Below, piece by piece: positions 1 to 14,329 of a stretch of DNA of 64,000 nt (positions within the stretch are counted from its first letter, which is position 1; every line of letters starts with the position of its first letter). The translations under genes were made by a program, and so were the position numbers. The notes beneath the pieces were generated by a model. It saw only the letters and a list, made by a program, of their open reading frames with translations, had not been told where the DNA came from and did no database searches. The DNA lies in NCBI GenBank assembly GCA_964016885.1, contig OZ024750.1, positions 25,730,001 to 25,794,000 on the forward strand. The letters are read 5' to 3'. Origin of the DNA: Eledone cirrhosa (taxonomy: Eukaryota).

Positions 1-2359
1 ACGTATTACAATTAGATTCTCGATAAAAGCAAGGGAAGTAAATCTACGCGTTTCATTCTTATTAGAAATCGTCAGGACTACATATCCAGTGCTTTTATCG
101 AGAATGACGCAGCTAGAGACTTATAGAATACTTAGCTGTGTACAGGAACTGGTTTGAAAGAGCGGTTGCCGGTCCGGCAGAAATTAGAAATTGGAATAAA
201 TGCTCTGAAATAGCGATATATATGTGAATATAGACATAGAATATTCGAAAATATTCTGTATGTTTATAATAAACATTTTGAAGACCTAATCGCTATAGAA
301 TAGAATACGTCACGTATTACAATTAGATTCTCGATAAAAGCAAGGGAAGTAAATCTACGCGTTTCATTCTTATTAGAAATCGTCAGGACTACATATCCAG
401 TGCTTTTATCGAGAATGACGCAGCTAGAGACTTATAGAATACTTAGCTGTGTACAGGAACTGGTTTGAAAGAGCGGTTGCCGGTCCGGCAGAAATTAGAA
501 ATTGGAATAAATGCTCTGAAATAGCGATATATATGTGAATATAGACATAGAATATTCGAAAATATTCTGTATGTTTATAATAAACATTTTGAAGACCTAA
601 TCGCTATAGAATAGAATACGTCACGTATTACAATTAGATTCTCGATAAAAGCAAGGGAAGTAAATCTACGCGTTTCATTCTTATTAGAAATCGTCAGGAC
701 TACATATCCAGTGCTTTTATCGAGAATGACGCAGCTAGAGACTTATAGAATACTTAGCTGTGTACAGGAACTGGTTTGAAAGAGCGGTTGCCGGTCCGGC
801 AGAAATTAGAAATTGGAATAAATGCTCTGAAATAGCGATATATATGTGAATATAGACATAGAATATTCGAAAATATTCTGTATGTTTATAATAAACATTT
901 TGAAGACCTAATCGCTATAGAATAGAATACGTCACGTATTACAATTAGATTCTCGATAAAAGCAAGGGAAGTAAATCTACGCGTTTCATTCTTATTAGAA
1001 ATCGTCAGGACTACATATCCAGTGCTTTTATCGAGAATGACGCAGCTAGAGACTTATAGAATACTTAGCTGTGTACAGGAACTGGTTTGAAAGAGCGGTT
1101 GCCGGTCCGGCAGAAATTAGAAATTGGAATAAATGCTCTGAAATAGCGATATATATGTGAATATAGACATAGAATATTCGAAAATATTCTGTATGTTTAT
1201 AATAAACATTTTGAAGACCTAATCGCTATAGAATAGAATACGTCACGTATTACAATTAGATTCTCGATAAAAGCAAGGGAAGTAAATCTACGCGTTTCAT
1301 TCTTATTAGAAATCGTCAGGACTACATATCCAGTGCTTTTATCGAGAATGACGCAGCTAGAGACTTATAGAATACTTAGCTGTGTACAGGAACTGGTTTG
1401 AAAGAGCGGTTGCCGGTCCGGCAGAAATTAGAAATTGGAATAAATGCTCTGAAATAGCGATATATATGTGAATATAGACATAGAATATTCGAAAATATTC
1501 TGTATGTTTATAATAAACATTTTGAAGACCTAATCGCTATAGAATAGAATACGTCACGTATTACAATTAGATTCTCGATAAAAGCAAGGGAAGTAAATCT
1601 ACGCGTTTCATTCTTATTAGAAATCGTCAGGACTACATATCCAGTGCTTTTATCGAGAATGACGCAGCTAGAGACTTATAGAATACTTAGCTGTGTACAG
1701 GAACTGGTTTGAAAGAGCGGTTGCCGGTCCGGCAGAAATTAGAAATTGGAATAAATGCTCTGAAATAGCGATATATATGTGAATATAGACATAGAATATT
1801 CGAAAATATTCTGTATGTTTATAATAAACATTTTGAAGACCTAATCGCTATAGAATAGAATACGTCACGTATTACAATTAGATTCTCGATAAAAGCAAGG
1901 GAAGTAAATCTACGCGTTTCATTCTTATTAGAAATCGTCAGGACTACATATCCAGTGCTTTTATCGAGAATGACGCAGCTAGAGACTTATAGAATACTTA
2001 GCTGTGTACAGGAACTGGTTTGAAAGAGCGGTTGCCGGTCCGGCAGAAATTAGAAATTGGAATAAATGCTCTGAAATAGCGATATATATGTGAATATAGA
2101 CATAGAATATTCGAAAATATTCTGTATGTTTATAATAAACATTTTGAAGACCTAATCGCTATAGAATAGAATACGTCACGTATTACAATTAGATTCTCGA
2201 TAAAAGCAAGGGAAGTAAATCTACGCGTTTCATTCTTATTAGAAATCGTCAGGACTACATATCCAGTGCTTTTATCGAGAATGACGCAGCTAGAGACTTA
2301 TAGAATACTTAGCTGTGTACAGGAACTGGTTTGAAAGAGCGGTTGCCGGTCCGGCAGAA
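1..2359 (-). repeat. Left arm of 311-bp HHR-bearing tandem array (7.6 units, cut by window edge)
   Basis: ACGTATTACAATTAG recurs at 1, 312, 623, 934, 1245, 1556, 1867 and 2178. No unit differences seen by eye. HHR on minus strand at 38-81 + n*311 (8 copies). Confidence 0.97.
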
Positions 2360-5300
2360 GGTCTTCAAAATGTTTATTATAAACATACAGAATATTTTCG
2401 AATATTCTATGTCTATATTCACATATATATCGCTATTTCAGAGCATTTATTCCAATTTCTAATTTCTGCCGGACCGGCAACCGCTCTTTCAAACCAGTTC
2501 CTGTACACAGCTAAGTATTCTATAAGTCTCTAGCTGCGTCATTCTCGATAAAAGCACTGGATATGTAGTCCTGACGATTTCTAATAAGAATGAAACGCGT
2601 AGATTTACTTCCCTTGCTTTTATCGAGAATCTAATTGTAATACGTGACGTATTCTATTCTATAGCGATTAGGTCTTCAAAATGTTTATTATAAACATACA
2701 GAATATTTTCGAATATTCTATGTCTATATTCACATATATATCGCTATTTCAGAGCATTTATTCCAATTTCTAATTTCTGCCGGACCGGCAACCGCTCTTT
2801 CAAACCAGTTCCTGTACACAGCTAAGTATTCTATAAGTCTCTAGCTGCGTCATTCTCGATAAAAGCACTGGATATGTAGTCCTGACGATTTCTAATAAGA
2901 ATGAAACGCGTAGATTTACTTCCCTTGCTTTTATCGAGAATCTAATTGTAATACGTGACGTATTCTATTCTATAGCGATTAGGTCTTCAAAATGTTTATT
3001 ATAAACATACAGAATATTTTCGAATATTCTATGTCTATATTCACATATATATCGCTATTTCAGAGCATTTATTCCAATTTCTAATTTCTGCCGGACCGGC
3101 AACCGCTCTTTCAAACCAGTTCCTGTACACAGCTAAGTATTCTATAAGTCTCTAGCTGCGTCATTCTCGATAAAAGCACTGGATATGTAGTCCTGACGAT
3201 TTCTAATAAGAATGAAACGCGTAGATTTACTTCCCTTGCTTTTATCGAGAATCTAATTGTAATACGTGACGTATTCTATTCTATAGCGATTAGGTCTTCA
3301 AAATGTTTATTATAAACATACAGAATATTTTCGAATATTCTATGTCTATATTCACATATATATCGCTATTTCAGAGCATTTATTCCAATTTCTAATTTCT
3401 GCCGGACCGGCAACCGCTCTTTCAAACCAGTTCCTGTACACAGCTAAGTATTCTATAAGTCTCTAGCTGCGTCATTCTCGATAAAAGCACTGGATATGTA
3501 GTCCTGACGATTTCTAATAAGAATGAAACGCGTAGATTTACTTCCCTTGCTTTTATCGAGAATCTAATTGTAATACGTGACGTATTCTATTCTATAGCGA
3601 TTAGGTCTTCAAAATGTTTATTATAAACATACAGAATATTTTCGAATATTCTATGTCTATATTCACATATATATCGCTATTTCAGAGCATTTATTCCAAT
3701 TTCTAATTTCTGCCGGACCGGCAACCGCTCTTTCAAACCAGTTCCTGTACACAGCTAAGTATTCTATAAGTCTCTAGCTGCGTCATTCTCGATAAAAGCA
3801 CTGGATATGTAGTCCTGACGATTTCTAATAAGAATGAAACGCGTAGATTTACTTCCCTTGCTTTTATCGAGAATCTAATTGTAATACGTGACGTATTCTA
3901 TTCTATAGCGATTAGGTCTTCAAAATGTTTATTATAAACATACAGAATATTTTCGAATATTCTATGTCTATATTCACATATATATCGCTATTTCAGAGCA
4001 TTTATTCCAATTTCTAATTTCTGCCGGACCGGCAACCGCTCTTTCAAACCAGTTCCTGTACACAGCTAAGTATTCTATAAGTCTCTAGCTGCGTCATTCT
4101 CGATAAAAGCACTGGATATGTAGTCCTGACGATTTCTAATAAGAATGAAACGCGTAGATTTACTTCCCTTGCTTTTATCGAGAATCTAATTGTAATACGT
4201 GACGTATTCTATTCTATAGCGATTAGGTCTTCAAAATGTTTATTATAAACATACAGAATATTTTCGAATATTCTATGTCTATATTCACATATATATCGCT
4301 ATTTCAGAGCATTTATTCCAATTTCTAATTTCTGCCGGACCGGCAACCGCTCTTTCAAACCAGTTCCTGTACACAGCTAAGTATTCTATAAGTCTCTAGC
4401 TGCGTCATTCTCGATAAAAGCACTGGATATGTAGTCCTGACGATTTCTAATAAGAATGAAACGCGTAGATTTACTTCCCTTGCTTTTATCGAGAATCTAA
4501 TTGTAATACGTGACGTATTCTATTCTATAGCGATTAGGTCTTCAAAATGTTTATTATAAACATACAGAATATTTTCGAATATTCTATGTCTATATTCACA
4601 TATATATCGCTATTTCAGAGCATTTATTCCAATTTCTAATTTCTGCCGGACCGGCAACCGCTCTTTCAAACCAGTTCCTGTACACAGCTAAGTATTCTAT
4701 AAGTCTCTAGCTGCGTCATTCTCGATAAAAGCACTGGATATGTAGTCCTGACGATTTCTAATAAGAATGAAACGCGTAGATTTACTTCCCTTGCTTTTAT
4801 CGAGAATCTAATTGTAATACGTGACGTATTCTATTCTATAGCGATTAGGTCTTCAAAATGTTTATTATAAACATACAGAATATTTTCGAATATTCTATGT
4901 CTATATTCACATATATATCGCTATTTCAGAGCATTTATTCCAATTTCTAATTTCTGCCGGACCGGCAACCGCTCTTTCAAACCAGTTCCTGTACACAGCT
5001 AAGTATTCTATAAGTCTCTAGCTGCGTCATTCTCGATAAAAGCACTGGATATGTAGTCCTGACGATTTCTAATAAGAATGAAACGCGTAGATTTACTTCC
5101 CTTGCTTTTATCGAGAATCTAATTGTAATACGTGACGTATTCTATTCTATAGCGATTAGGTCTTCAAAATGTTTATTATAAACATACAGAATATTTTCGA
5201 ATATTCTATGTCTATATTCACATATATATCGCTATTTCAGAGCATTTATTCCAATTTCTAATTTCTGCCGGACCGGCAACCGCTCTTTCAAACCAGTTCC

Positions 5301-5528
5301 TGTACACAGCTAAGTATTCTATAAGTCTCTAGCTGCGTCATTCTCGATAAAAGCACTGGATATGTAGTCCTGACGATTTCTAATAAGAATGAAACGCGTA
5401 GATTTACTTCCCTTGCTTTTATCGAGAATCTAATTGTAATACGTGACGTATTCTATTCTATAGCGATTAGGTCTTCAAAATGTTTATTATAAACATACAG
5501 AATATTTTCGAATATTCTATGTCTATAT
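2360..5528 (+). repeat. Right, inverted arm of the 311-bp array (10.2 units), ending in (TA)n
   Basis: GGTCTTCAAAATG at 2360, 2671, 2982 ... 5159, 5470. It is the reverse complement of the left-arm unit and merges into the TA tract at TGTCTATAT. Confidence 0.97.
2565..2608 (+). ncRNA. Type-I hammerhead ribozyme of the 311-bp unit (representative; repeats every 311 bp to 5364-5407)
   Basis: GTAGTC-CTGACGA-T TTCT AATA AGAA T-GAAA-CGCG-TA-GATTTAC. Core complete, helix III palindromic (CGCG), predicted cut after 2601. Enclosed by a perfect 16-bp inverted repeat at 2541-2556/2615-2630. Confidence 0.82.
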
Positions 5529-5626
5529 ATATATACATATATATACATATATATGTTTATATACATATATATATACATATATATACATATATATATATAT
5601 ATATGTTTATATACATATATATATAA

Positions 5627-5673
<47 letters not shown>

Positions 5674-6071
5674 TATATACATATATATATAAATATATAT
5701 ACATATATATATATATACATATATATATATATGTTTATATACATATATATATACATATATATACATATATATACTTATATATATATATGTTTATATACAC
5801 ATATATATATACATATATATACATATATATATATATATGTTTATATACACATATATATACATATATATACATATATAGATTTATATACATATATATATAC
5901 ATATATATACATATATATATATATATGTTTATATACACATATATATACATATATATACATATATAGATTTATATACATATATATATACATATATATACAT
6001 GTATATATATATACATATATATGTTTATATACATATATATATATATATATACATATATATATACACATATA

Positions 6072-6109
<38 letters not shown>

Positions 6110-6184
6110 CATATATATATACACATATATATATATATATATACATATATACATATATATACATATATATAGATATATATATAC

Positions 6185-6215
<31 letters not shown>

Positions 6216-6243
6216 CATATATATACATATATATATAAATATA
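5529..6243. repeat. Imperfect (TA)n/(TACA) microsatellite
   Basis: Direct reading. Similar tracts at 8311-9127, 10362-11200, 20876-21480, 35725-36378, 36803-37166, 37836-38270, 62163-62344 and others. Confidence 0.95.
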
Positions 6244-6283
6244 TGGTATGCATGGGCGACTGCTGGTTTTCCTTAAACTCGGA

Positions 6284-6451
6284 GGTTAAAAGAGTTCCAT
6301 GTATTTTATTATGCCCATTTCAAAAACAAATATCATCATGGGATGATATTTGCGTTCTCATCAGATATGATATTGCATTCTCCTCCCATGATGATATTTG
6401 TTTTTGAAATGCGCATAATAAAATACATGGAACTCTTTTAACCATCTTTTG
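6284..6451. mobile_element. Fold-back fragment of HHR family 'TGCGCA' (Penelope pLTR-like)
   Basis: GGTTAAAAGAGTTCCATGTATTTT ... AAAATACATGGAACTCTTTTAACC inverted arms. Same sequence family as 39888-40170, 55596-56010 and 62584-63008. HHR core on minus strand at about 6304-6367. Confidence 0.75.
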
Positions 6452-6564
6452 ATTTTATATTATTTATACTCGTCCTATAAACTGTTGAGTGCTACTTATC
6501 TGATATTTGCATTGCTTTATTGTGCTACAATAAAACTCACCTCCTACATATATATATATATACG

Positions 6565-6794
6565 TTCAGGGAAATATGTATATATACGCTATATATATAT
6601 ATATATATATACATTAAGTGCAGGCAAATATGTATATATACGTTATATATATATATATATATATACATTAAGTGCAGGCAAATATGTATATATACGTTAT
6701 ATATATATATATACATTAAGTGCAGGCAAATATGTATATATACGTTATATATATATATATATACATTAAGTGCAGGCAAATATGTATATATACG

Positions 6795-6842
<48 letters not shown>

Positions 6843-6856
6843 GTTAAGTGCAGGCA
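6565..6856. repeat. Minisatellite CATTAAGTGCAGGCAAATATGTATATATACGT + variable (TA)n, about 5 units
   Basis: Direct reading. Confidence 0.9.
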
Positions 6857-7232
6857 CACTATTTACTGTTAAGTACTCATTGGTACATTTTGTTTTTTAA
6901 ACGTTTTATGATTTAGTTTTTATGAGAACTAAACTATACAACATTTTGGATCGGGTTTGTACTAGGACGGGGTCGCACCGATGTACTAGGGCGGGGTCGC
7001 ACCGATGTCCTCTTCCTAGTAAGATAACTACAGAAGTTCGTAACTAAAAAGTAAGTGACTATACTTAGCATTTGTTGAGTTGGGTTAGGGCATTGACAGA
7101 ATACTACACCTCCGTAATCTTGTAGTCGGAAAGAAAAATAATTAGGTGTAGATTAGGGGTAGGTATAACATTCATGGAGTCAAAAGTTTCATTTCCTCCC
7201 GAGGGAGAAAACGGGTTGGGGAGGATCCTCCC

Positions 7233-7364
7233 AAGAAGAAGAAGAAGAAGAAAGAGAAGAAGAAAAAAAAGAAAAAAAAGAAGAAGAAGAAGAAGAAAAA
7301 GAAGAAGAAAAAGAAAAAGAAGAAGGAGAAGACGAAGAAGAAAGAGAAGAAGAAGAAGAAGAAG
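7233..7364. repeat. (GAA)n purine tract
   Basis: Direct reading; explains the poly-Arg and poly-Ser ORFs. Confidence 0.95.
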
Positions 7365-7785
7365 ATCCTAACAAAAAGAGTTAAGAGCAGATGAAAGGAA
7401 CGTAAGAACAGCTGTAAGTTGATGATAAGTTTTCATAGCTGAATCAGTCCAAGAAATTCTGAACGTGGAATCAAAATTTCGAATTGAAGATCTCAAATTA
7501 AATTTAACCTAGACAAAAGATTAGTGAGTAGGATAGAAGACATGTTACAAGTCTCTAATGCTATCTGAGAAGTGACTATACATGATATAGGGTAAGAATA
7601 TCATATGATGTATCGAATGTTAACTGTGGTTGCTCAAAACACACAAAAGGATCATAAGCAAGTTAAGAGAGTTGTATTATCCAACGAAACTAAAGTACCT
7701 GTATATGTCACTGTTATAACTAATTATACTTAACACGTCATATGGACTAAGTGCTCTTACCCTTGGATATTTTCTACCAAACTTG

Positions 7786-7821
<36 letters not shown>

Positions 7822-7894
7822 CAAAGGAATTGTGGTAAAGAACCAGATGGACCATAACGCACCAGAGTACTCAATACTCGGGGTCATACTTTTT

Positions 7895-7928
<34 letters not shown>

Positions 7929-7982
7929 TGAGATTCTACAGGACTAGAACTGTTTCATTCTTTAGAAATCATCAGGAATCTC

Positions 7983-8037
7983 TGAGATTCCTGATGATTT
8001 CTAAAGAATGAAACAGTTCTAGCCCTGTAGAATCTCA
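7983..8037 (+). ncRNA. Type-I hammerhead ribozyme; mirror copy on minus strand at about 7929-7982
   Basis: TGAGATTC-CTGATGA-TTTCTAAAGAAT-GAAA-CAG TTCTAGCC CTG-TA-GAATCTCA: 8-bp helix I, intact core, proper helix III. Region 7926-8042 is a near-perfect palindrome. Confidence 0.88.
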
Positions 8038-8303
8038 TCTATATTAAAACTTTTATACTCTGCTATGTATTGAGTACCTTACTTACTGTGGTTACCTCCG
8101 ATTCAACCCGGATTAACGTATATATATATATATATATATATAGTATTAATTATACTATTTATGGTTATGTAAATACAAAAACCTTTTGCAGTTATATATA
8201 TTTTTATACAAACCCTAAATAGTGGTAGGCAGAAGAATCCAAACCTCGGTTTGGAGGAAACAGTTGTAAGCATAAAAATGTTTTGAACAGTTCTTTGATT
8301 CTT

Positions 8304-8424
<121 letters not shown>

Positions 8425-8425
8425 G

Positions 8426-8572
<147 letters not shown>

Positions 8573-8573
8573 G

Positions 8574-8841
<268 letters not shown>

Positions 8842-8896
8842 AATATATATATATGTATATATGTATATATATAAATGTATATATGTATATATATAT

Positions 8897-8984
<88 letters not shown>

Positions 8985-8996
8985 GTGTATATATAT

Positions 8997-9668
<672 letters not shown>

Positions 9669-9853
9669 ATATATATATATATATATACATTCTATATAAC
9701 TGCTCTGTAGAACAACTGATGTTATTACATTGAGCTATTTATCTTACTGGTAATAAGGTAGTAATAAATTACTGTCTTTCACTGTTTAGGGTTTAAAATA
9801 TATATAACTATAAAAGGTTTTAGTATATACATAACCATAAATAGTATCCTTAA

Positions 9854-9895
<42 letters not shown>

Positions 9896-9995
9896 GATGC
9901 ATAGAATTGTATGTTTATATACATGTTTCATGTGTGTGCCAATGTAATCCTCTAAATATATGTTTATAAAATACAGTTCCCAAAGTTGAATTTGG

Positions 9996-10041
<46 letters not shown>

Positions 10042-10441
10042 GGGGGAGGGAGAGAGAGAGAGAAGGGCGGTAGGGGGAGGGCTTCTAAATAAAAAAAAAA
10101 AGCTATTAAGTTTCTGTCGAAACAACATCTTGCTGCTAAGAGATCGGTGGGTTTAATTATGGTAAAAGTCGAAGAACTGGTTGTGCGGAAGAATCTCCAA
10201 GATGGTATCAAGATAAACGACAGCACCAAAATTGTGTACTCAATGTCTCTCAAACTAATAGACAGCCAATCTTTGCACTTATCACAGGCTTTCAAGTTAC
10301 TGGGTTCTCTAACATCTTATATGTGTACGGCTGTGTTTTGAATACACACAATAACATATCTGTATGTATGTATGTATGTATGTATGTATGTATGTATGTA
10401 TGTATGTATGTATGTATGTATGTATGTATGTATGTATGTAC

Positions 10442-10473
<32 letters not shown>

Positions 10474-11459
10474 GTATATACATATATATATATACATATA
10501 TACATATATATATCATATATATATATATACATATATATATGTATATACATATATATATACATATATATATACATATATATATACATATATATATATATGT
10601 ATATACATATATATATATATGTATATACATATATATATATATGTATATACATATATATATACATACATATATACATATATATATATACATACATATATAC
10701 ATATATATATACATATATATATATGTATATACATATATATATACATATAAACATACATATATATATACATATATATATGAATATACATATATATATACAT
10801 ACATATATACATACATATATACATACATATATACATACATATATACATACATATATATATACATATATATATACATATATATATACATACATATATACAT
10901 ACATATATACATACATATATACATACATATATATACATATACACATACATATATATACATATACATATATATACACATATATATATATATATATATAGAC
11001 ATATACATACATATATATATATATACATGTGTGTGTGTGTATACATATATATTTATATATATATATACACACGTACAAACACGCATTTGCACGCACACAT
11101 ACATGAGCACTTGTATTTATATATATATACATATGCGTGTATATGTTCACACGCACACACACACACACACACACGCACGCACACACACACACACACACAC
11201 ATAAATGAGTTCATCAAGCGACAATAATCTCGTTAGTCGGATGAGATTTTTTTTTATTTCATAGCACTTAAGAGTACTTGGATAACATATTACACACACA
11301 ATATAATCTTGTATATAATATTATATATATAAGCAAAGAGATATTTAATTTGTTGGTTATTCAACAAATTTGATAATATGAAAAGATTCAGGACCCCGAC
11401 GGCTGAGCTCCGGCCGTTTGACAGCTAGCCGTCGTATGAAATCGTGAGAACATCACGAG

Positions 11460-11511
11460 GACTTCCCTGAAGATTTCATACGAATGAAACAGTTCTAGAA
11501 ATGTAGAAGTC
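11460..11511 (+). ncRNA. Degenerate hammerhead related to the 7983 motif
   Basis: GACTTC(C)-CTGAAGA-TTTCATACGAAT-GAAA-CAGTTCTAGAAATG-TA-GAAGTC; one extra C in helix I and a weakened helix III. Confidence 0.65.
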
Positions 11512-11537
11512 ATTTCTACATGTAAAATAAGTATGCC

Positions 11538-11735
<198 letters not shown>

Positions 11736-11933
11736 CATATACACCTCACATACATATGTATATACACACACACACATATACACATATATATACATATACA
11801 CCTCACATAATTATGTATATACACACACACACATATACACATATATATACATATACACCTCACATAATTATGTATATACACACACACATACATATATATA
11901 TTTATATATATATACACTGACACACACTCACAC

Positions 11934-11979
<46 letters not shown>

Positions 11980-12312
11980 TTAGGCACAATTCTGTGAAAA
12001 TGAGTAAAACATTAGTATTCAGAAACAATCTAGTGTTTCCTTAAGAACTTCTTGACTTTCTTTCCAAGTTTATTTTTCCATTTTATTCCTTCTTTACTGT
12101 TTTTTAGTTGTTGGTCTCTGACGTCTTTAGTCACCTTGTCCGGTCACTTAGTACATTCAACTCACTAGAGAATATAATCTGAAGATATTCCACAGGTGTA
12201 CAAAATAAATGGCATTATTGCATACATACCTTCGTATATTTATACACACATAAACACACCTCACATACATATGTATATACACACACACACACATACATAT
12301 ATATATACACAG

Positions 12313-12348
<36 letters not shown>

Positions 12349-12551
12349 ACACACACTCACACGTATATATATATATATTTCGTTTAGCAAGATTCTTTAT
12401 CTGAAAACGTGTGTTGAAACCGATATTGTTATACTTTGGGAGGGTCATGTTGCCAATAAGAAACACACGCACCAGTTGCTTTATAAATTTAGGAATTTAT
12501 AAATTTCCGGTTGGCTGGTTGGTTCCACAACCAGATGGTTGTTTATATATT

Positions 12552-12594
12552 GTCAAAGTTCTTTCGTCACACATTCTGTGACCTCTTCAGTGAC
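12552..12594 (-). ncRNA. Minimal hammerhead ribozyme
   Basis: Minus strand: GTCA-CTGAAGA-G GTCAC AGAATGT GTGAC-GAAA-GAAC-TT-TGAC. Confidence 0.65.
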
Positions 12595-12992
12595 TGGGGA
12601 TTCTTTTCTTTGTTTTTGTGCCTCTCCTTTGTTCTGTCCTACGCCATTTTGTTTCTGTGTGTGTGTTGTGAAAACTGGTTATGTTCCGGAAGCTGCTATA
12701 ATATAGGTGAGGTTGTAAATATTCAGGTACAAAATCGGGTGAAGAAAGGTGAGATGAGGTTGAGTGTAGAAGAGGAAGAAGAAACGTGAGGGAGAAAAAG
12801 AAAAGAATCAGAGATAATGATACATTGGAAATATTTTTTAACACCTATATTTCGGATATACCAACCCTTGTCAAGGGATCTGAAAGGAACCCAATGATAC
12901 TGTATCAAGAAGAGCGAAATGTCGGTTATGTTACAATAATAAAATATTGCCTCTATTTCTGACATTTTCTTTCACATCTCTCTTCTTTTTGT

Positions 12993-13483
12993 CTAGCTGA
13001 ATTACCCGCCCTTTGCCGCGGTTCGCACATCTTTTTTGGTAAGAAAATGATGATTGATTTTAAATCAGTGATATAATTTATGGAGAAAAACGCTGCATTT
13101 CAATATTACTCAATGTAAAATGTAATGCATGAACAATTGGAAAACATTATTTTTTTGTAATATATCAAATCAAAATTACATTATTAAATCTTATTCTTAT
13201 TTTGTTTCTTGTAAATAATTATTTTCAAAATATCAATTCAAAACTTTTGTGAATAGACATCATATCTTGTCATTTACCTATGGTTTAAATTTCATATAAA
13301 TCGAAGGGAAAAAATTTTCAGCGGGAGTTTGTGATTAAATGAAATATACTTATCCAAGTACCCTGGGCAATGTAGTTTCGGAATATATGTGTTTATGGGG
13401 GGGTCTATCTCCGAAACCATAGGAGTTTGTGAACAAAAAAACAAACAAAGAAACAGACAGGAATACAACTTTATATATATAGT
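12993..13483 (-). mobile_element. Probable non-autonomous Helitron
   Basis: Minus strand starts CTATATATATAAAG followed by CTGT/TTGT repeats. It ends in a GC-rich hairpin (CCGCGGCAAAGGGCGGG) 8 nt before a terminal CTAG, the usual layout of small metazoan Helitrons. Confidence 0.55.
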
Positions 13484-14329
13484 TTTATGCGCACACTCAT
13501 ATGCACATATGTACATACATATATACACACATGCGCACACATAAATACATACACATACATAGACACTCATATATATTATAAGCATGGAAATACAAACTTA
13601 CTTACATGCATACGTACGTACAGACATACATAGATAAACGCACACATACACAGACGCATACATACATATATAGACATACACAGACACATGCACACATACA
13701 TACATACATACATACATACATACATACATACATACATACATACTTAGACACACATACACACAGACACACACGTATGCTTTCATCTGTTACTTGTGTGGGA
13801 GATTACTTTACTTCCGGACAATATTCCCCAATCGTTGTGTGAGGATTAGAAAGCTAAAGAAAGAGTTTGTTGGTTTTTAGCTTATTACAGTTGCTGTCAA
13901 ACTTTAAACTGTATAACCCACAAAATTGGTTATTCAACGAGTTGGTGTGGTGGAGGAGAAAAAGTTTTGAAGGGCGACGATAGAGAGATACGTACGAAAC
14001 AAACTAGCAACACACTAGAGGAGAGATTAAATACATCTGCCGACAAACAATATGACAACGATTAAATACTCTAATGAATAATATTCTACAGAAAACAACC
14101 GAGAATTCCCTAGAGTTTGATTTTATTGTCTTCATTCCCCTTTGTTTGCTGAGCGCCATTTTATTTTTATTTTGTTTTCCTTGGTTGTATCTTGGTTGTA
14201 ACTTTCTATTTTTGTGGGCACGCTTCATATTGTTTCAACATGTGTGGCATGTGCACTGAAATGCACAAATCTGCACGCACGTACACACACTGACACACAC
14301 ACTGGCATAGACAGACACAGAGATTTGTA

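Noticed and set aside
2315-2533. 72-aa ORF
   Set aside because: Created by reading across the inversion junction of the 311-bp array.
10100-10320. Stop-poor unique stretch between microsatellites
   Set aside because: No recognisable domain or splice sites; at best a decayed RTE 3' fragment.
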